Source: Planctomycetota bacterium (lineage in GTDB: Bacteria > Planctomycetota > UBA1135 > UBA2386). Taken from it: a stretch of DNA of 64,000 nucleotides. Every line of letters begins with the position of its first letter. The stretch's first letter is position 1. Below are positions 41,377 through 49,332 of this stretch, one piece after another. Location: assembly GCA_965228735.1 (NCBI GenBank), contig OZ245838.1, positions 1,056,001 to 1,120,000 on the forward strand, in the 5' to 3' direction. The translations under genes were made by a program, and so were the position numbers. The notes below the pieces were generated by a model. The model did no database searches. It saw only the letters and a list, made by a program, of their open reading frames with translations, and was not told the origin of the DNA.

Positions 41377-43191
41377 ATGAGACAACGCTCCGCGTGGCTG
41401 CGCACCCATACCTGCGGTGATCTGAACCTGTCGAACGAGGGCCAGGAAGTGGTCCTGAACGGCTGGATCGAGAATCACCGCGACCACGGTCAGATCGTCT
41501 TCCTCGACCTGCGGGATCGCTATGGCGTCACACAGGTGATGGCGGACCAGGACACCGCCGCGGCCGACCCGGGCTTGTTCGAGGCGCTGAGCAAGCTCGG
41601 GAGCGAGGACGTGCTGTCGATCCGCGGGGTCGTGCGGCCGCGCGGCGAGGGCAAGGTCAACAAGGACCGTTCGACGGGTGAGATCGAGGTCGTCGCGCAC
41701 TCCGTGACCGTGCTCAGCGAGTCCGAGACCCCGCCGTTCGAGATCGTCGACAAGGCCGAGGCCAACGAGGAGCTGCGCATGCGCTATCGCTACCTCGACC
41801 TGCGCCGCCGCCCGCTGCAGGAGGCGATGATCAAGCGCTCGCGTTTCGTCACGGCCGTGCGCACGTTCTTGCAGGACCACGGCTTCATCGACGTCGAGAC
41901 GCCGATCCTCACGAAGAGCACGCCCGAGGGCGCGCGCGACTACCTCGTCCCGAGCCGCGTGCATCCCGGCAAGTTCTTCGCGCTGCCGCAGAGCCCGCAG
42001 ATCTTCAAGCAGCTCTGCATGGTCGCGGGGCTCGACCGCTACTACCAGATCGCGCGCTGCTTCCGCGACGAGGACCTGCGCGCCGACCGCCAGCCGGAGT
42101 TCACGCAGATCGATCTCGAGATGAGCTTCGTCGAGGAGGACGACGTGCTCGAGCTCGTCGAGGGCATGGTTGCCCACTCGATGAAGGAGGGCTTCGGGAT
42201 CGACATTCCGGTGCCGTTCCCGCGCTTCGACTTCGACGACGCGATGGCGCGCTACGGCAGCGACAAGCCGGATCTGCGCTTCGGCATGGAACTCGTCGAC
42301 TGCACGGAGCTCGCGAAGAAGAGCGACTTCAAGGTCTTCAACATGGCTGTCGAGACCGGCGGCATCGTGAAGGGCATCGTCGCGGAGGGCGCGGCCGACA
42401 AGTTCTCGCGCAAGCAGATCGACAAGCTCACGGACTTCGTGAAGGGCTACGGCGCCAAGGGCCTGGCCTGGGGCAAGGTCACCGACAAGGGCGTCGAGGG
42501 CGCGATCAGCAAGTTCTACGGCGGCGAGGCCGGCGCGGAGCTGATCGCGCATATGGGCGCCAAGCCTGGCGACCTCATGCTGTTCGGCGCCGACTCGAGC
42601 AAGGTCGTGCACCGCGCGCTCGGCGAGCTGCGCGTCGAGCTCGGCAGCCAGCTCGGGCTGCGGGACCCGAAGGTGTTCCGCTGCTGCTGGGTGACCAACT
42701 TCCCGATGTTCGAGTTCAACGACGAGAAGGGCATCTGGCAGTACGCGCACAATCCGTTCAGCGCGCCCGTCGACTGGAACGTCGGGGACTTCAGCGAGGA
42801 CACCGAGACCATCCGCAGCCGGGCCTACGACTTCGTGATGAACGGCTGGGAGCTCGGCTCGGGCTCGGTCCGCATCCACAAGCCGGAGCTGCAGGCCCGT
42901 GTGTTCGACTTCCTCGGCATCAGCAAGGAGGAGCAGCGTGAGAACTTCGGCTTCGTCCTCGATGCCTATCAGTACGGCGGCCCGCCGCACGGCGGCATAG
43001 CGCTCGGCGTCGACCGCATGGTCACGCTCGCGCTCGGACGCGAGAGCATCCGCGACGTGATCGCGTTCCCCAAGACGGCGACGGCCTACGACCTCATGGC
43101 CGAGGCCCCCGACAAGGTGTCGCCGGAGCAGATGGCGGAGCTGCAGATCCTGTCGACGGCGAAGCCGGAGGTATCCGACGCCGTCGACTGA
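41377..43191 (+). CDS. aspS: Aspartate--tRNA ligase (likely non-discriminating type)
   Basis: RTHTCG, RYRYLDLRR, LPQSPQIFKQ, FRDEDLRADRQPEFTQ, PPHGGIALGVDR. RDHG and EGKVN resemble the His/Gly signature of non-discriminating AspRS. Confidence 0.97.
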   Translation: MRQRSAWLRTHTCGDLNLSNEGQEVVLNGWIENHRDHGQIVFLDLRDRYGVTQVMADQDTAAADPGLFEALSKLGSEDVLSIRGVVRPRGEGKVNKDRSTGEIEVVAHSVTVLSESETPPFEIVDKAEANEELRMRYRYLDLRRRPLQEAMIKRSRFVTAVRTFLQDHGFIDVETPILTKSTPEGARDYLVPSRVHPGKFFALPQSPQIFKQLCMVAGLDRYYQIARCFRDEDLRADRQPEFTQIDLEMSFVEEDDVLELVEGMVAHSMKEGFGIDIPVPFPRFDFDDAMARYGSDKPDLRFGMELVDCTELAKKSDFKVFNMAVETGGIVKGIVAEGAADKFSRKQIDKLTDFVKGYGAKGLAWGKVTDKGVEGAISKFYGGEAGAELIAHMGAKPGDLMLFGADSSKVVHRALGELRVELGSQLGLRDPKVFRCCWVTNFPMFEFNDEKGIWQYAHNPFSAPVDWNVGDFSEDTETIRSRAYDFVMNGWELGSGSVRIHKPELQARVFDFLGISKEEQRENFGFVLDAYQYGGPPHGGIALGVDRMVTLALGRESIRDVIAFPKTATAYDLMAEAPDKVSPEQMAELQILSTAKPEVSDAVD

Positions 43192-43305
43192 GGTTTCGGC
43201 GCAGCGGCGCAGCGGCGCGATCCGAACGCCCGGACACCGTTCTGCTACCATGTGCCATCCGGCCTGACACGCGATGGTGCGTGCTGCCGCCGGGGGGGCT
43301 CGGAC

Positions 43306-44940
43306 ATGAGGATGGCACCCGTGCATGCGCTCACCGCGCTGATCTTTCCGTTTGGCGGCGTCCTTGTCGGGCAGATCCCGGCCCACGCCGTGGCGCTCGA
43401 TCCGACCGTGGGGTTCTTCGAAGCACCGCAGGTCGTGCGCTCCGGAGAGTCGGTTCACGCGGTCGGTTGGCAACCGACGAGTGCGGGCATCCGCACGATC
43501 TACTACTCCCGCTCCGACGACGGTGGGCGGACGTGGCCCGTGCGGGAATCCATGATCAGCGTTGCCAATCAGCGGGGGCTGATCAGCCTTGCGGCCGACG
43601 GCGACGACGTGCACATCGGGTTCGATCCGGGCAACTGGATGCCACACGTGGTGAGCTCGCGCGATCGCGGCAACACCTGGCAGCCGCCGGCGGCGATCGG
43701 CGGTCAGGGCTTCGGCACGACCGCGCCGACCCCGACGGTGCGCGCTTTCGGGGCGAGGGTGAACGCGCTCTGGTTCGCGGAGGTCGGAGGCCTCGGGCGC
43801 GTGCTCTGGAGCGCCCGCTCGCTGGATCGCGGCGTCACGTGGGGTCAGCCGCAGCGAATCGACGGCGGCGCGCCGTCGGCATGGGCAATCGATCAGCGCG
43901 ACGAAGACCTGCGGGTGCTGGGCGACGGTGCGGCGCTGCATGTGGTCTGGCGCCGCGGCATCCGCACCGGCACGTCGCAGTGGACCTACCACACCCTGCA
44001 CCAGCGCTCCCTCGACGGTGGCGTGACGTGGCTCGCGGTCCCGACGGTCGTGGCGAGCACGACGATCGAGGGCCTCGAAGAGCCGCCGCAGCCTGCCGCG
44101 GTGGGCGGTGGCGCGGTGCTCGTCGCTTCTGGGTCGCAGGTGCTGCGCTCCCTCGACCAGGGCAACACGTGGCAACCCGTCGCATGGCCGGGGCTGTTGT
44201 CCGGCGCCTGGCGCGTCTACGACCTCGCGGCCGACGGCGCGAACGTTCTGGCGATCGGAAGGTCGAACGCGGGGAACACTCTGCTCGTCAACGCATCGGG
44301 TGATGCTGGCACGACATGGCGCCACACCCCGTATGCGATTGCGGTCCCGGCGCTCACGCCAACGCCGTTCCGGGCGCACGTCGGCGGCAGCGCGTTGCTG
44401 GTCACGGTCGAGTTTCGACAGTTCCCGTGGACCGTGATCCAGTCCGACGACGGCGCGAACAGCTGGCGTATTGCCGGGCAGGGGACCGTCTTGGCCGCCG
44501 ACGCGGACGGTGCGTTCCTGGCGTCCATCGCCGCCTCCGATTGGTGGATCTGGCCGCACGGCGGACACTCGGTGCACGGGGTGGGCACGGCGGGGAGCGG
44601 GAACGTCGTGCCGCGGCTCGCGGGCCGCGGTTTCGCCGGGATCGGCCGGCAGTTCGATCTCGCGGTCACGCTGGCCAGACCGACCTCGCCCGTCGCCTGG
44701 TTCGCGAGCCCGGGGCCGTTGACCGCCGTGCCCGTCGGCTCGGCGACGCGCTACCTCACCCAACCCGTTGCCCTGGCCTCGTCGTTGACCTCGAGCGCGG
44801 GCGAGGCCGCGCTGTCGCTCACGGTGCCGGCCAACCCGGCATTGGCCGGGTTGCGCATTGCGAGTCAGGCGTTCGTCTTCGATCCCGCGGTCGCTGCCGG
44901 CTTCACAGCGACGCGGGCTGTCGAGACCTGGATCTACTGA
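43306..44940 (+). CDS. Secreted BNR/Asp-box (sialidase-like) protein with the shared C-terminal module
   Basis: Seven Asp-boxes: SDDGGRTW, SRDRGNTW, SLDRGVTW, SLDGGVTW, SLDQGNTW, SGDAGTTW, SDDGANSW. Confidence 0.85.
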   Translation: MRMAPVHALTALIFPFGGVLVGQIPAHAVALDPTVGFFEAPQVVRSGESVHAVGWQPTSAGIRTIYYSRSDDGGRTWPVRESMISVANQRGLISLAADGDDVHIGFDPGNWMPHVVSSRDRGNTWQPPAAIGGQGFGTTAPTPTVRAFGARVNALWFAEVGGLGRVLWSARSLDRGVTWGQPQRIDGGAPSAWAIDQRDEDLRVLGDGAALHVVWRRGIRTGTSQWTYHTLHQRSLDGGVTWLAVPTVVASTTIEGLEEPPQPAAVGGGAVLVASGSQVLRSLDQGNTWQPVAWPGLLSGAWRVYDLAADGANVLAIGRSNAGNTLLVNASGDAGTTWRHTPYAIAVPALTPTPFRAHVGGSALLVTVEFRQFPWTVIQSDDGANSWRIAGQGTVLAADADGAFLASIAASDWWIWPHGGHSVHGVGTAGSGNVVPRLAGRGFAGIGRQFDLAVTLARPTSPVAWFASPGPLTAVPVGSATRYLTQPVALASSLTSSAGEAALSLTVPANPALAGLRIASQAFVFDPAVAAGFTATRAVETWIY

Positions 44941-45805
44941 TCCCATCCGACCGTTGATTCAGGGCGCGATCGATGGCGCCGAGCACGGCGTCGACCGGGA
45001 TGTCGGTCATACAGCGGCCCCGCGGGTTCGCGATGCAGCCGCTCGTCTGCATCGCGGCAAAGCAGCGCGTCATGCAGTTCAGGCACGGCAACCCATCGGC
45101 CTGGACCGCGTGGACCTCGGCGCCGTCGTGCACGAATCGTTCTGGCAGCGCGAGCGAGAACAGGATGACGCACGGCACGCCGGCGGCCTGCGCGTAGTGG
45201 AACGGCCCCGAGTTGTTGCCGAGGAACAGGTCGCACGTCCCGAGCACCGCGGCGGTCTCGCGCATCGACAGCCGGCCGACGAGGTCGAGGCCGATGCCCA
45301 AGCGGTTCTGCGCCCCGACCTCGATGACCTCGGCGCCGGCATCGCGCAAGGTCTTCGCCACCAGCTGCCAGCGGTCCACCGGCCAGTGGCGCAGGGGGTC
45401 GACGTGGTCGCTGCAGATCGCCACGCGGAGCCGGGTCTTTGCCGGTAGCCGCCGCCGAGCCATCAGGTCGTCGGGCGAAAGATGAAGTTTGGGCCGGCGG
45501 TCGGATGGCGTCACCCCGGCGTAGCTGCACATGTGACCGACGAGGCTCGGCATCGCTTCGAGCTTGCCGAACTCGCCGTGGTCCATGTGGGTGAACAGCT
45601 TGACCTCGACGAGCTCGTCGAAGCGCTGCTCCGGCCGCGCCATTCCCGTCACGAGCGGGTTGTGGATCACGTTGCCGACCTTGCCGCGCAGGAAGATCCG
45701 CGTGCCCTCGCCGTGCTGCTCGACGAGGCCGAGCATCATCGGGTCGGAGCACAGCAGATCGCCGAGACCCCAGCCGCCCTGGTAGTCGACGAGGACGTCG
45801 GTCAT
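44903..45805 (-). CDS. Glycosyltransferase family 9 (heptosyltransferase-like)
   Basis: GLGDLL, RHWPVDRW, DLVGRLSMRETAAVL...GNNSGPFHYAQAAGVP, C-terminal CxxC...CM. Confidence 0.88.
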   Translation of the reverse strand: MTDVLVDYQGGWGLGDLLCSDPMMLGLVEQHGEGTRIFLRGKVGNVIHNPLVTGMARPEQRFDELVEVKLFTHMDHGEFGKLEAMPSLVGHMCSYAGVTPSDRRPKLHLSPDDLMARRRLPAKTRLRVAICSDHVDPLRHWPVDRWQLVAKTLRDAGAEVIEVGAQNRLGIGLDLVGRLSMRETAAVLGTCDLFLGNNSGPFHYAQAAGVPCVILFSLALPERFVHDGAEVHAVQADGLPCLNCMTRCFAAMQTSGCIANPRGRCMTDIPVDAVLGAIDRALNQRSDGISRSRSRQPASL

Positions 45806-47142
45806 CGCGGGATCGGGGCGGCGGCCGGTGCTCCTGCGGGGGTCGGCGCGATCGTGGAGTCCAAGTCGAGCTCCGGTTGCGTCGCCTGGATCGCCTGTTC
45901 GATGCGGTCGAGGTTCTGGGCCGGGACGTAGCGCAGGATCGACTGCCGCGCGTGGTCGCGCATGTCGAGCTCGTCCGCGACGACGACCGCGCTCGCGACG
46001 ATCTCGGTGCGCGTCACACCGAGTTCGATCGCATGCAGCAGCGCCGCGAGGCTCTGCTTCTTCTTGCCGGTGTCGTAGAGCGTGACGCCGAGGTCGGCCC
46101 AGGTCTCGCCGTCTTCCGCGTCCCCGCTGTCGCGTTGTTTGCCGATCGCCGCGAGCAAGGCGTGCTCGGCCTCCTCGAGGTCACCCTGCGCGAAGTAGCG
46201 CCGGCCGACGTCGTGGATCGCGGCCGGCTCCATCCACTGCAGGTAGACGCGCGCGTCGTCGTCCGTCCGCCGGAAGATCTTGCCCTCGCGGTCGCGGAAC
46301 GCGCCGTGACCCGAGTTCTCGTGACACGGATCGCAGTAGCCGAAGTCGGTGCACGAGAAGAACTCGCCCATCTGGGGCAGCGTGCGGCACTCGTCGATCG
46401 CGGTGATGTTGCCGAACGCGTTCTTGCGCTCCGTGAGGTGATACTGGCAGTTGTAGATCGAGCCCTCGGGGTCGATGTTGACCCACGCGCTCGTGCACTC
46501 GATCTGGAAGCGCTTGTCGCGGTTGAACGCCTTGCCCATGTGCGTGCCGCGGAACTCGTTGAACTGGTAGAGCAACCCGCGCCGATCCGCCAGCTCGACG
46601 AGCTTGCCGATGTTCTTGTCGTGCTCGTCGTCGCGGAAGTGCGGGAAGCGCTGCAGCTGGACCATCGAGAACACCGGCGCCTTGACGATGCCGCTGTCGC
46701 GCAGGCGCTCGGCCTGGTCGAGCCACTTCTCGGGCGCGATGAACTTCGGGTGGTAGGTGTGGAAGCTCGTCGCGAACTGCTTGCCGTGCGCGCGCATTTC
46801 CTTACTGAACGCATCGATGTCGAACGTGAGGTTCGACGTCATGTCGAGCTCGTAGCCTTCGAGCCGACTCGCGATGAACGCGAAGTCCTTGTGCAGCGAC
46901 GGCTCGCCGCCAGTGAGGATCAGCGGGTGCTCGGGGCGAACGGGGAACGCGTTGAGCGACTCGACCCACTCACGCCCGGAGAGCTCCTGGTATCGCCCCC
47001 AGGGCTTGCGCTTCTGCCCCGGGACCATGTTGGGCTTCTGGATGCAGTAGTCGCACGCGAAGTTGCACCGCGCGGTCAGGTACGCGACCCAGACATGGAT
47101 CTCTGGCGTCGGGAGGGGGAATCGGGCGGTCTGGTCGGCCAT
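45802..47142 (-). CDS. Radical SAM protein with a SPASM/twitch-like Cys domain and C-terminal TPR-like helices
   Basis: CNFACDYC, LTGGEPSLH, C...IDPEGSIYNC...FGNI...CTDFGYCDPC, then GRRYFAQGDLEEA / WADLGVTLY. Confidence 0.87.
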   Translation of the reverse strand: MADQTARFPLPTPEIHVWVAYLTARCNFACDYCIQKPNMVPGQKRKPWGRYQELSGREWVESLNAFPVRPEHPLILTGGEPSLHKDFAFIASRLEGYELDMTSNLTFDIDAFSKEMRAHGKQFATSFHTYHPKFIAPEKWLDQAERLRDSGIVKAPVFSMVQLQRFPHFRDDEHDKNIGKLVELADRRGLLYQFNEFRGTHMGKAFNRDKRFQIECTSAWVNIDPEGSIYNCQYHLTERKNAFGNITAIDECRTLPQMGEFFSCTDFGYCDPCHENSGHGAFRDREGKIFRRTDDDARVYLQWMEPAAIHDVGRRYFAQGDLEEAEHALLAAIGKQRDSGDAEDGETWADLGVTLYDTGKKKQSLAALLHAIELGVTRTEIVASAVVVADELDMRDHARQSILRYVPAQNLDRIEQAIQATQPELDLDSTIAPTPAGAPAAAPIPR

Positions 47143-47205
47143 GGGCTTACCTGGGGTGCCCCTGTCATCGGCCGTTCCGGACCGCGATCTTGACCGCAGA
47201 AGGCT

Positions 47206-48243
47206 TCAGGCGCCCTGCAGGCGGGCGGCGATCCGGTCGAGCTGCTCGTTCCCGCCGTCGCGCAGGTAGGCCTCGGCCTGCAGCTGCAGCGCGTTCAGGT
47301 TCGTCGCCGACGCGTTGTCCATGTCGTCGTAGGCGCTCGTGAGCTTGACCTGCAGGCGCTCGTAGTTGTCCTTTCCGACCGCCTGTGCCGCGATGTACGA
47401 CACCGCATCGGCGGCGCCGTCGAACAACACATCGATCACCGGGATGGCCCATTCGATCGGGCCCCACTCGGTCGCGTCATCGATGGTGATCGGGCGGGTC
47501 GTCTCGCCCGTGCCCATCGACACCACGAGGAGATCGTCGAGCACCGTGCCGCGGTCGGTCTTCGCGTCGGTCCGCAGCTTGATGGCCTCCGCGATCGCGC
47601 AGGCGGTCGGGTTGTTGGCGACCACGCCGCCGTCGACCAGCGGCGCCTTCGCCGACCCCAGCTTCATCACGTGGGCCGGGAAGTAGGTCGGCGCGGAGCT
47701 CGACGCCGTGCAGACCTGCCAGACCTCGAGCTTCTTGTGGCGCGGGTTGGTCGTCTTGAAGATCACGGCCTGGCGCGTGAGCGTGTCGTAGCTCGGCACG
47801 AGCACCCGGGTCTTCAGCGCCTCGAGTCGCGTGGTCTTGAAGACGCGCTTCAGCTCCTTGTGCAAACCATCGGGGTCGTATTTGGGGTGACTCACGCCGT
47901 GCTCGACGGTCTTGGACATCCAATCCCAGGCCTTGCCGAAGACGTTCCAGGCCGACCGCTTCGGGAAGATGAACTGCGCGCGGTCGCGATAGAGCTCGAC
48001 GATCTTGCGGGCGGGGATGCCGTTGCCGACGGCGGCCGCGAGGATGCTGCCCGTCGACGTCCCCGCGACGAGATCGAAGTAGCCGTGCAGGGGGCCGTCG
48101 AGCCGCTCCTCGAGCGCGGCGAGCCACGTCGCGGTGATGACGCCGCGGACGCCGCCGCCGTCGAGCGAGAGGATGTGGCGGACGGGGCGGTTCGCCGGCG
48201 CGCGGGCGCCGGCCTTCTTGGACTTCTTCTTCGATGCAGCCAT
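47206..48243 (-). CDS. Patatin-like phospholipase
   Basis: LSLDGGGVRG, AGTSTG, SSAPTYF, VDGGVVANNP. Confidence 0.92.
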   Translation of the reverse strand: MAASKKKSKKAGARAPANRPVRHILSLDGGGVRGVITATWLAALEERLDGPLHGYFDLVAGTSTGSILAAAVGNGIPARKIVELYRDRAQFIFPKRSAWNVFGKAWDWMSKTVEHGVSHPKYDPDGLHKELKRVFKTTRLEALKTRVLVPSYDTLTRQAVIFKTTNPRHKKLEVWQVCTASSSAPTYFPAHVMKLGSAKAPLVDGGVVANNPTACAIAEAIKLRTDAKTDRGTVLDDLLVVSMGTGETTRPITIDDATEWGPIEWAIPVIDVLFDGAADAVSYIAAQAVGKDNYERLQVKLTSAYDDMDNASATNLNALQLQAEAYLRDGGNEQLDRIAARLQGA

Positions 48244-48319
48244 GACGTCTCCTTCGGCGGCAGGCAAACGCCGCCGCGGAGCAGGTTACCCGGGCGGCCG
48301 GAGGTGCTTCAATGCCCAT

Positions 48320-48751
48320 ATGAGCAAGGCACCCGACCATCACGACGCCGACCTGATCCTCAAGTTCTACGAGCTGCGCCGCGAAGCGGTCATGCGGCAG
48401 TCGCGCGACACGATGATCATGGAGTGCTGGCCGCGCAGCGAAGCGGATGCGTTCGCGCTCCTCGATCGCGAGCACCCGCAGAACCAGGCGTTCCGCCAGG
48501 TCGTGACCTACTGGGAGATGGTCTACGGGATGGCGAAGTACGGCGTCGTGAACACGGACTTCCTGCTCGAGAGCAACGGCGAGGGTCTGTTCGTCTACGC
48601 CAAGTTCGAACCCTACGTCGAAGCGCTGCGCGAGAAGTGGAATCCGCGCGCGTTCGAGAAGGCCGAGTGGATCAGCCAGCAGAGCGAACTGTCGGCCAAG
48701 ATCCTCGACAACTTCCGGAAGCGGGTCCGGAAGCACCTCGAGTCGAACTGA
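48320..48751 (+). CDS. Hypothetical helical protein (possibly DUF4760-like)
   Basis: MSKAPDHHDADLILKFYELRREAVMR...YWEM; strong GC3 coding bias. Family assignment is from memory and unverified. Confidence 0.7.
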   Translation: MSKAPDHHDADLILKFYELRREAVMRQSRDTMIMECWPRSEADAFALLDREHPQNQAFRQVVTYWEMVYGMAKYGVVNTDFLLESNGEGLFVYAKFEPYVEALREKWNPRAFEKAEWISQQSELSAKILDNFRKRVRKHLESN

Positions 48752-48756
48752 CGGCG

Positions 48757-49332
48757 TCAGTCCGCCAGCGGATCGCGCTCGGCGCGGATCTCGAGGACGG
48801 CGTACGGGCCCGGTTCGCACCGGGCCGCATCGAACGTCGAGGTCGCAGCCATCGCGTCCTCGAATCGGTCGAACAATCCGTAGCGGTTGGCCGGGAGTTC
48901 GGCGGCCATCAAGTTGCAGCTGAGCGGCGAACACTCGAACGCCGCGTCGTTCGAGCGGCAGCAGACGTCGAAGCCGAGCCGCACGAACGAGGACGGGGGG
49001 CGTTCTGCCGCCACGGTCGCGAGTTCGGTCGGCGATTGCTCAGCACCGCCGAACTGCACCGGTAGGCTCGCGACCGCGCAGATCAGGAACTCGGCGCGGT
49101 CCGGATCAGGGACGATCGCGCGGAGGGTCGGGAGGTCGTCGTACAGGAAGAGGCGGTTGTGGCGCCAGCGCTCCATCCAGCCAGCCGGCCAGTCGGCGAA
49201 GCACTCGCTCGGGCTGCAGACGATTTCGATGCCGTGCTGGTCGTAACGCTCCGGCCGCGTCGCGAAGAAGCCGACCGGACGCAGGTCGGCTTCGGTCCAG
49301 AGGATCGCGCCGAAGTCAGATCCGGAAGGCAT
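48757..49332 (-). CDS. Hypothetical protein with clustered Cys (GFDVCC...FECSPLSCN...CEPGPY)
   Basis: Protein-like composition; overlaps the 3' end of the molybdoenzyme gene by 17 bp. Confidence 0.65.
   Translation of the reverse strand: MPSGSDFGAILWTEADLRPVGFFATRPERYDQHGIEIVCSPSECFADWPAGWMERWRHNRLFLYDDLPTLRAIVPDPDRAEFLICAVASLPVQFGGAEQSPTELATVAAERPPSSFVRLGFDVCCRSNDAAFECSPLSCNLMAAELPANRYGLFDRFEDAMAATSTFDAARCEPGPYAVLEIRAERDPLAD

Noticed and set aside
35764..44946. Very long ORFs 35764..40044 (+) and 40873..44946 (-), and similar ones such as 33695..36772, 49361..52213 and the N-terminal part of 52191..55382
   Set aside because: They are antisense shadows of real genes, expected in high-GC DNA. 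They have no motifs and are rich in Arg, Ala and Gly.
47206..48243. Patatin as a CBASS CapV effector
   Set aside because: No CD-NTase, Cap2/Cap3 or other defence gene is recognisable nearby.
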